NCBI GenBank assembly: GCA_964350905.1
Contig: CAYGMS010000001.1
Location: 1 to 32,555, forward strand
Source: an uncultured Thiobacillus sp.
GTDB taxonomy: Bacteria > Pseudomonadota > Gammaproteobacteria > Burkholderiales > Thiobacillaceae
DNA length: 32,555 nt
Direction of reading: 5' to 3'
Shown here: positions 26,200-32,555 of the stretch, in pieces
How the letters are laid out: each line of letters begins with the position of its first letter
Position numbering within the stretch: position 1 is the first letter of the stretch
Made by a program: the position numbers and the translations under genes
The notes under the pieces: model-generated
Databases searched by the model: none
The model's input: only the letters and a program-made list of their open reading frames with translations
Told to the model about the DNA's origin: nothing

Positions 26200-28257
26200 T
26201 TATTTGTCCTTGCTAGACATGAAACGCGCGTCAAGCGACCGAATGGCAATATCTTTGCCGGCAAAGAAGTTCTCGGCACCAATGATTTCGTCGAGGCCTG
26301 CGCGGTCAAGCGCCTCGCGCACAGGTTTTTTCAGACCAGCCAGCATCAGGGTGACGCCGGCCGCCTTCAAGTCTCGCGTCAGCGCGCGCAATTTTTCTTC
26401 GCCGGTGGCGTCGATGCGGTTGATGCTGTTGCCAAGAACGAGTAGCACGCTGGCCTGAGGAAACTGGCTCAGGGCTTTCAATACGGCCTGTTCGAAGTAG
26501 GCTGCGTTGATGAACACCAACGAGGCATCAAAACGCAGCACAACATAGTTCTCGCTGATCGGTGCCAGATCGTGGGTGGACGCACCCGCCAGTATGCCCT
26601 CGGACGTGCGGCCCATGACTTCGCTGCGCGGGCTCATGGTGCCGGCCAGGAACAGCAGAATGGTGAGCACCACACCGACCAACACGCCATCAGCCAGTTG
26701 CGGCGCCATGAACAGCGTGGTGAAGAAGGTGACCAAGCCGACGATGCCGTCGGCGCGGCGGACATTCCAGGCGTGAAGCATCGACTTGAAGTCTATGAGG
26801 CTGAACACGGCACTCATCACGATGGCAGCGAGCACGGGCTGCGGCAGGTGATATAGATACGGTGTGAAAAACAGCATTACCAGCAGCACACCGAGCGCGC
26901 TGATGATGGCGTAAAAACCAGACCGTGCTCCTACCCGCGCGGCCACAGCTGAACGCGAAAACGAGCCGCTCACCACGTAAGACTGGAAAAAGCTGCCAAC
27001 GATGTTGGCCAGGCCCTGGCCGATCAGTTCCTGGTTGGGGTCGAGTTTTTCACGCGTCTTGGCGGCTAGTGCACGTGAAATCGAGGTGGCTTCCATAAAG
27101 CCGATCATGGCCATGATGAAGGCTGTAGCAAACAGGCCAGACATCACGCCCAGATCGAAGGTCGGCAGGGAAAAGCCGGGCACGCCGCTGGGGATATTGC
27201 CAACTACCCTCCCGCCCCCTGACAGCTTGATTTCGCCATGATCAAAGCCAGACCAGCGCCAAACCGGTTCGTACCAGGCGCTTTGTGCATCGGTACGGTA
27301 AACGATCTGGCCATTGGCTTGCTTGACGGGTGTGAGCGCAAACTGGAAAGCTTCGACACGCTCGCTGTAAAGGCTGTGTTTTAGGCTTTCCTCTTCGCCC
27401 TTGAGCCGCATGGACTCCGCCTTCAGCGAATAATCCGGGCGCGTAATCTTGGATTGGGCCTTGAGTTTTTCGCTGAGTGCTTTCTGGGATTCCTTGACCC
27501 GCTTCAGCGCGGCTTCATGGGTTGCCACGCGGTCGAATGCTGCGCGTGCTGCTGCATTTTCAATCTGGTCGGGTGCCACTACAGCGGTTTTTTCAAACCC
27601 AATGGCCGCACTGACAACGGTGCTGACCAAGACCACGATGAGGACACCGGGAAGTTTCGGGAAATGCTTGCGCAGCAGGGAGAGGAGTGCCAGCGTACCC
27701 AGGCCAAACAGCAGCGTTTCCAGGTGTGTAATCGGCAACTGCTGCACCACTTGCCACAAATCGAACAGGAAGGTGTCCGAGCGCGGCATCGGCACGTTGA
27801 TAAAACTGTTCAGCAGCGACAGGCCAATGATCAGGGCGGCCGCGTTGGTGAAGCCCAAAATCACCGGGTGCGAGGCCAGATTGATCAGCACCCCCATGCG
27901 AAACAGCCCGAGAGCCAGACGCAATACGCCCACCATCAGTGCCAGCAGCAAGGACAGCTGGATGAATTCGTCGCTGCCCCTGCTCGCCAGAGGCTCGATC
28001 GCGGCGGCCGACATCAAGGAAAGCAGCGCGACCGGACCCGTGTGCAGGAATCGTGATGCGCCCCACATCGACGCGATGATGACGGGCAGGAACGAGGCAT
28101 AAAGACCATAGACGACCGGCAGGCCGGCCAGCGCGGCATAGGCCATGCTTTGCGGCACCAGGATCATGGCCACGGTGATGCCTGCAATCAGGTCGGCGCG
28201 CAGGGTGTCGCGGTGCAGAGGGAACCAGCGCAGGAAGGGAAAGATTTGTGTCAGCAT
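26200..28257 (-). CDS. sulP: SulP/SLC26 transporter with STAS domain and large loop insertion (paralogue of 4162-6306)
   Basis: DLIAGITVAMILVPQSMAYAALAGLP, TGPVALLSL, NQELIGQGLAN, SGSFSRSAV, STAS (LVFIN...IDATG). Confidence 0.93.
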   Translation of the reverse strand: MLTQIFPFLRWFPLHRDTLRADLIAGITVAMILVPQSMAYAALAGLPVVYGLYASFLPVIIASMWGASRFLHTGPVALLSLMSAAAIEPLASRGSDEFIQLSLLLALMVGVLRLALGLFRMGVLINLASHPVILGFTNAAALIIGLSLLNSFINVPMPRSDTFLFDLWQVVQQLPITHLETLLFGLGTLALLSLLRKHFPKLPGVLIVVLVSTVVSAAIGFEKTAVVAPDQIENAAARAAFDRVATHEAALKRVKESQKALSEKLKAQSKITRPDYSLKAESMRLKGEEESLKHSLYSERVEAFQFALTPVKQANGQIVYRTDAQSAWYEPVWRWSGFDHGEIKLSGGGRVVGNIPSGVPGFSLPTFDLGVMSGLFATAFIMAMIGFMEATSISRALAAKTREKLDPNQELIGQGLANIVGSFFQSYVVSGSFSRSAVAARVGARSGFYAIISALGVLLVMLFFTPYLYHLPQPVLAAIVMSAVFSLIDFKSMLHAWNVRRADGIVGLVTFFTTLFMAPQLADGVLVGVVLTILLFLAGTMSPRSEVMGRTSEGILAGASTHDLAPISENYVVLRFDASLVFINAAYFEQAVLKALSQFPQASVLLVLGNSINRIDATGEEKLRALTRDLKAAGVTLMLAGLKKPVREALDRAGLDEIIGAENFFAGKDIAIRSLDARFMSSKDK

Positions 28258-28399
28258 GAACGGCAGAGTGTGGTTCGGTCTGGTGAAGCTTAGACGGGAA
28301 AGTCGCTGATTTTAAAGCATTACAGTGAAAACAAATCCCGGCGGTGATTGGGGGTGCTGGAAGGCTGGGAAGCGGCAGTCAAAATGAAGACGCGCACAA

Positions 28400-28439
28400 A
28401 ACGGGGTCTCAGCCGGCATGTTCCGGATGAGACCCCGTT
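28400..28439 (-). terminator. Strong hairpin after the USP-like gene (possible terminator, attenuator or stabiliser before sulP)
   Basis: AACGGGGTCTCA-G-CCGG-N6-CCGG-A-TGAGACCCCGTT; on the - strand it ends in only a short T run (TTTTGTG). Confidence 0.5.
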
Positions 28440-28455
28440 GTCAAAGAGCGTCTGC

Positions 28456-29046
28456 TTAGGCTGCGTGTACGTTGGCGATTGGCTGTTCGGACTGGGAAGG
28501 CGCAAGGCTCTGAACACTTTCTTCATGGGTGGCGACCAACACCACCGGGACCGGCAGGGTGTCCTGGCGTTGTGTTCCGTTCAGGAAGCTGCGGCCGAGG
28601 TATCCGGTTTCCTTGCAGGCCAGAAAGGCGACTTGGGGATGGCGGCGCAGGTAACGCGCCAGCCCGGAAACCGGATCGCCACTCAGGATCACGGTTTTCA
28701 TCGAAATACCGGCAGCGGCAAGTTCGTCCACGTAGGGGGCGAGCAAGGCACGGGCTGTACTGTCGGATTGAAACGTCAGTACGGTCAGCCCATGCTTGAG
28801 GCGTCCACACGTCTGAACCACGTAATGCATCATGTCAGCGGGCAGTTCACTGCCCATATAGAGGGCCACTTGTTGGCGCTCGCCTGTAATTTGGGGCAGT
28901 ACTGCAGTGCTGGCCGGGATGGCGTTGACCGTGCCGGGGTTGCGGTTCAGGTAGTGCGTCTTCTGGCTCAGGGTCAGGTTTTCGCCGGCATCAGCAAAGG
29001 CCAGGGCGTTCAACATGCGCTTGAGTTCTTCGGTCAGTTTGATCAT
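28456..29046 (-). CDS. Hypothetical protein with a degenerate universal-stress-protein-like domain
   Basis: QVALYMG...HYVVQTC.RL...LTVL...VILSGDPVSGLARY...VAFLAC...LPVPVVLV resembles USP topology; ATG 29046 lies downstream of a sigma-54 promoter. Confidence 0.6.
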   Translation of the reverse strand: MIKLTEELKRMLNALAFADAGENLTLSQKTHYLNRNPGTVNAIPASTAVLPQITGERQQVALYMGSELPADMMHYVVQTCGRLKHGLTVLTFQSDSTARALLAPYVDELAAAGISMKTVILSGDPVSGLARYLRRHPQVAFLACKETGYLGRSFLNGTQRQDTLPVPVVLVATHEESVQSLAPSQSEQPIANVHAA

Positions 29047-29080
29047 GGTCGGGCCTTTTAGCGAAAGATGGTTTTTATTA

Positions 29081-29096
29081 AGCAGCAACCGTGCCA
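29081..29096 (-). promoter_or_regulatory. Sigma-54 (-24/-12) promoter
   Basis: Minus strand TGGCAC-GGTTG-CTGCT (GG-N10-GC), about 35 bp upstream of ATG 29046. Confidence 0.8.
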
Positions 29097-29115
29097 GATA
29101 TAATTAATTAAACAT

Positions 29116-29221
29116 ATTCAATTGGTTATGGTTTTTGTGTGAGCTCAGAGTGTTACTCGCTGCAACACAATGACGGGTTGCGTTGCGTTGGCCGTGCAAC
29201 AGTGTTGTAATGTGCAACACT
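29116..29221. promoter_or_regulatory. IHF-like site plus palindromic upstream activator sequences
   Basis: ATTCAA-TTGG-TTA at 29116-29128 (one mismatch to WATCAANNNNTTR); GTGTTAC-N5-GCAACAC (29150-29168), GTGTTGT-N5-GCAACAC (29202-29220) and a third TGCAACA half-site at 29195-29201. Confidence 0.65.
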
Positions 29222-29250
29222 CGTGCGCACCTACTAATCCATTACTTTTC

Positions 29251-30717
29251 ATGCCTAGTCTCCGCGGGAAAATCATCACCACCTACGGCTTCTCGAAAGC
29301 CGTGCTGCTGGTATTTGCCCTGGTGGTGTTTGCAGATTTGTATTTCCTGAAAACCCGGATCGTGGCGGGCGAGGCCGTGACCACGTTTCGTGAAGCCAGT
29401 CAGGAAATGCGCCGGGACGAGAAAAACCTGTTTCTCTACGATGATCTGGCCAGCCTCGATCAACTGATGCTGCAAATGGACGCAGCCGAGGCTGCACTTA
29501 AGGATGGCCGGCACGGATTTTCTGAGGTGGCTACGCCCTTTGAGTTGAGCCGGGTGGATGATTTGCTGTTGCAGTATCGCGAACAGTTGACGCAATACCC
29601 TTCGCTCACCGCGAAGGCTCACATGAACCAGCAGAAGAAAATTCGCGCCACGGGTCACGAATTGTCGACGTTGGCCGAGACCTTCAGCCGACGGGAGCGC
29701 ACGGTGCTGGCAGAGGCCGTGCAAGTGGCAAGCCAAACCCTGCTGGCTGTATTTGTCACGGTGTTGTTGCTGGGGGTCGGCAGCGCTTTCTTTCTGGTTC
29801 GTCAGGTTGTGCGGCCCTTGCGGCAACTGGAAGTACAGTTGGATGCGTTGGCCGGCGGGTTTGATCAGAAGTTGACCCTGCCTTCAAAAGACAAGGAAAT
29901 CGAATCTTTTGTTCACCACTTCAACTCCATGCTGAACCGTTTGCGGGTGCAGCAAAATCAGTTGCGTCATCATGAAAAAGCTGCCGCGCTGGGTGTGCTG
30001 GTGTCAGGGGTGGCGCACGAGCTCAACAACCCGCTGTCGAACATTTCGACCTCGGTGCAATTGCTGATGGAAGACGGCGAGTCGGTCGATCCGGAATTGA
30101 GAAATGAATGGATGTCGCAGATAGACGGCGAGTCCGAGCGCGCGCGACGGATCGTGCGGCGGCTGCTGGATAGTGTGCGTCAGCCTAAATTGAATCGGCA
30201 GGCCCACAGCGTGGCCGAACTGATTCAGGCCTCGTTGACGCTGGTCAACCGGCAACTGCCCGCAGGAGTGGATGTGTGCGTGGGCTACGCGCCTGAGCGC
30301 GCGCTGTGGGCGGACCGGGACCGGCTACATCAGGTGTTCATCAACCTGCTCAAGAACGCGGCTGATGCGGGGGCAAAGCACATTGTGGTCAGCGCCGTCG
30401 AAACCAGCTGGGTGGATTCGATGCCCAAGAACACGGATCATCTGGTGGGCGAAGTTGAACCTGTAAGCAAGGCCGAGAGCGTGCTGTATATCCAGATCGA
30501 TGACAACGGCCCGGGTATTGCGCCGGAGAACCTGAGCCAGATTTTCAATCCCTTCTTCACCACCCATTCAGCCGGAGACGGAACCGGCCTCGGCCTGTAT
30601 CTGGTGGAAGAAATCATCAGTGAGCACCATGGCTGCATTGCGGTGGAAAACCGTGCCGAAGGCGGCACGCGATTCTCCATCTGGCTGCCGTTGGCAGATG
30701 CACAGGAGGCGACATGA
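29251..30717 (+). CDS. Membrane sensor histidine kinase (2 TM, periplasmic helical domain, HAMP-like linker, HisKA, HATPase)
   Basis: Two hydrophobic segments; GVAHELNNPL H-box, QVFINLLKNAADA N-box, DDNGPGI, FNPFFTT, GTGLGL. Start at ATG 29251 preferred. Confidence 0.93.
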   Translation: MPSLRGKIITTYGFSKAVLLVFALVVFADLYFLKTRIVAGEAVTTFREASQEMRRDEKNLFLYDDLASLDQLMLQMDAAEAALKDGRHGFSEVATPFELSRVDDLLLQYREQLTQYPSLTAKAHMNQQKKIRATGHELSTLAETFSRRERTVLAEAVQVASQTLLAVFVTVLLLGVGSAFFLVRQVVRPLRQLEVQLDALAGGFDQKLTLPSKDKEIESFVHHFNSMLNRLRVQQNQLRHHEKAAALGVLVSGVAHELNNPLSNISTSVQLLMEDGESVDPELRNEWMSQIDGESERARRIVRRLLDSVRQPKLNRQAHSVAELIQASLTLVNRQLPAGVDVCVGYAPERALWADRDRLHQVFINLLKNAADAGAKHIVVSAVETSWVDSMPKNTDHLVGEVEPVSKAESVLYIQIDDNGPGIAPENLSQIFNPFFTTHSAGDGTGLGLYLVEEIISEHHGCIAVENRAEGGTRFSIWLPLADAQEAT

Positions 30718-32084
30718 ACGCTGCAGCAGCCCCGCATATTTTGTTGATCGACGACGAGGCGATAGCGCTGTCCAATTTGCGCCATGTGTTCGAGCGCGAG
30801 GGCTATACCGTAACCGCATGCAAGAGTGGGGAGTCGGGCCTGGCCGCCATGCAGGGCACCGCATTCGATCTGGTTCTGACCGATCTGCGCATGCCGGGTA
30901 TCGATGGCATGGAAGTGCTGGCGCATATCCGCGCCACTACGCCGGATGTGCCGGTGATCATGATCACCGGCCACGCCACGCTCGATTCGGCAGTCGATGC
31001 GATGAAGGCCGGTGCGTATCACTATATCGCCAAGCCGTTCCGGCTGGCCGAAGCGCGAGAGGTGGTGCGCGGTGCGCTGGAAATGCGCCGCATCAGACGT
31101 GAAAACAGCGAACTCAAGCTGCGTATTGAACAGCTCTCCAGCCAGACCACGATCATCACGCAGGATCTCGGCATGCAACGTTTGCTGGAAACCGCGCGCC
31201 AGATCGCCGGCACCGATTGCAGCGTGGTGATCCATGGCGAATCGGGTACCGGCAAGGAGTTGTTGGCGCGTTTTATTCATCAGAACAGCCAGCGTGCGAA
31301 GGGTTCGTTTGTGGCGTTCAATTGCGGCGCACTGCACGAAGAGCTGGCTGCAAGCGAACTGTTCGGTCACGAGAAAGGTGCGTTTACCGGCGCGCAGTCA
31401 ACCAAGATCGGCCTGTTCGAAGCGGCCGAGGGCGGCACGCTGTTTCTCGACGAAGTTGCCGAGCTGCCGCTGTCGATGCAGATCAAGTTGCTGCGCGTAT
31501 TGCAGGAGCGGGAGTTGTTGCGCGTCGGGTCGGTCAATCCGGTCAAGATCGACGTGCGCGTGGTGGCGGCCAGCAACCGGGATTTGAAGGCAGCGGTCGA
31601 AGACGGGCAGATGCGCAACGATCTGTATTTCCGGCTGAACGTGGTGACGCTCACGCTTCCCCCCTTGCGCGAGCGGCGCGATGATATTCCGCTGCTGGCG
31701 TATTACCTGCTGCGCAAATATGCGGCGATGATGGATCGCGACGTGCAGGAAATCACACCCGAAGCGATGCAGCGACTGGCTGATTATGATTACCCCGGCA
31801 ACGTGCGCGAGTTGTCCAACTTCATCGAACGTGGCGTGGCGCTGGCGCAAGGCGACAGCCTGGACATCGAACACCTGCCGCAGAGCCTGGGCGCACTGAC
31901 CGTGCGCGTGTTCAAGCCGCAGATGGCGGCCACGCCCGCCACGCTTGAGTCACAGGAAGCCGAGCACATCCAGCATGTGCTGAAGCTGGCCGAGGGCAAC
32001 CGCACCCAGGCAGCGAAACTGTTGGGCATCGACCGCGTATCCTTGTGGCGCAAGCTGAAAAAACTGGGCATCGATTCGAAGTAA
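30714..32084 (+). CDS. Sigma-54-dependent response regulator (NtrC/AtoC family)
   Basis: Receiver LLIDDE...DLRMPG; AAA GESGTGKE, ELFGHEKGAFTGA, LFLDEV; Fis-type HTH NRTQAAKLLGIDRVSLWRKL. Confidence 0.96.
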   Translation: MNAAAAPHILLIDDEAIALSNLRHVFEREGYTVTACKSGESGLAAMQGTAFDLVLTDLRMPGIDGMEVLAHIRATTPDVPVIMITGHATLDSAVDAMKAGAYHYIAKPFRLAEAREVVRGALEMRRIRRENSELKLRIEQLSSQTTIITQDLGMQRLLETARQIAGTDCSVVIHGESGTGKELLARFIHQNSQRAKGSFVAFNCGALHEELAASELFGHEKGAFTGAQSTKIGLFEAAEGGTLFLDEVAELPLSMQIKLLRVLQERELLRVGSVNPVKIDVRVVAASNRDLKAAVEDGQMRNDLYFRLNVVTLTLPPLRERRDDIPLLAYYLLRKYAAMMDRDVQEITPEAMQRLADYDYPGNVRELSNFIERGVALAQGDSLDIEHLPQSLGALTVRVFKPQMAATPATLESQEAEHIQHVLKLAEGNRTQAAKLLGIDRVSLWRKLKKLGIDSK

Positions 32085-32121
32085 GCTGTGCTCTTTCGTC
32101 TCCAACCTGATCCTCAAAGCC

Positions 32122-32493
32122 ATGACTGACCTTCATCCGCCCCATACCACGGGCCTGATTTTCGATACCCACCTTGAGTATTTCGACCGCGATGTGATTG
32201 AGGCCTCACATAAGTTGCCTATCCTGGTGGATTTCTGGGCCGACTGGTGCCCGCCCTGCCGGGCACTGACGCCCGTGCTCGAGCGGGTGATCGCGCATCA
32301 CGCGGGCAAGCTGCACATGGCCAAGGTCGAAGTCGACGAAGGCACCAACATGAAGCTGGCGGGCCGCTACGGCCTACGTGGGTTTCCTACGGTGCTGTTG
32401 TTCGTCAAGGGTGAAATTGTGGGCCGGTTTGCCAGCGCTCAATCGGAACATTGGGTCAACGAGTTTATCGCCGAGCACACCGATATTGAGTAA
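32122..32493 (+). CDS. Thioredoxin family protein (WCPPC)
   Basis: PILVDFWADWCPPCRAL.P.LE, AKVEVDE, GLRGFPTVLLF. Confidence 0.92.
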   Translation: MTDLHPPHTTGLIFDTHLEYFDRDVIEASHKLPILVDFWADWCPPCRALTPVLERVIAHHAGKLHMAKVEVDEGTNMKLAGRYGLRGFPTVLLFVKGEIVGRFASAQSEHWVNEFIAEHTDIE

Positions 32494-32555
32494 GCCGGTG
32501 TGGGTGCTCGACACCAATGTGGTGCTCGATTTGCTGCACTTTGACAATGTGGATG
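32486..32555 (+). CDS. PIN-domain protein, N-terminal fragment truncated by the window end
   Basis: Frame from TTG 32486 reads (M)SKPVWVLDTNVVLDLLHFDNVD; LDTNV is the PIN N-terminal motif. Not in the supplied ORF track. Confidence 0.65.
   Translation, partial: MSKPVWVLDTNVVLDLLHFDNVD

Noticed and set aside
29170..29250. Cys-rich N-terminal extension of the histidine kinase
   Set aside because: It is a translation of the palindromic enhancer sites; the ATG at 29251 directly precedes the first transmembrane segment.
30438..31370. 310-aa minus-strand ORF
   Set aside because: Common antisense shadow of NtrC-family regulator genes.

Overview
A carbon-concentrating-mechanism (CCM) locus from a chemolithoautotrophic proteobacterium, probably a sulfur-oxidising betaproteobacterium (taxonomy is inference only). 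The core is a complete alpha-carboxysome operon on the + strand: cbbL-cbbS-csoS2-csoSCA-csoS4A-csoS4B-csoS1-csoS1B-bfr-like-acRAF-mcdA-mcdB-cbbQ-cbbO-csoS1D. It runs straight into a Sua5-type tsaC and an RHH regulator, and is transcribed divergently from cbbR. Left of the core are purK/purE, a single-Cys DsrC/TusE protein, a rhodanese, a 381-aa ORF that I read as an LCIB/theta-class carbonic anhydrase homologue divergent from a SulP transporter and a trypsin-like protease, and sbtA-sbtB. Right of the core are two more SulP genes, a USP-like gene under a sigma-54 promoter, a sigma-54 two-component pair, a thioredoxin and the start of a PIN-domain gene. The most interesting signals are: (1) the LCIB-like CA/SulP module beside a carboxysome; (2) a complete -1 frameshift cassette in csoS2 together with an operon-linked, bicarbonate-using tRNA t6A enzyme; (3) an sbtA promoter with the same CbbR operator/promoter geometry as cbbL; (4) two SulPs with a 125-135 aa loop insertion; (5) a G-U-rich structured cbbL leader; (6) a 254-bp identical csoS1 duplication; (7) a 44-bp perfect palindrome before csoS2. 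No tRNA, rRNA, CRISPR array or transposase was recognised. All family calls come from motif recognition by eye; no searches were run.
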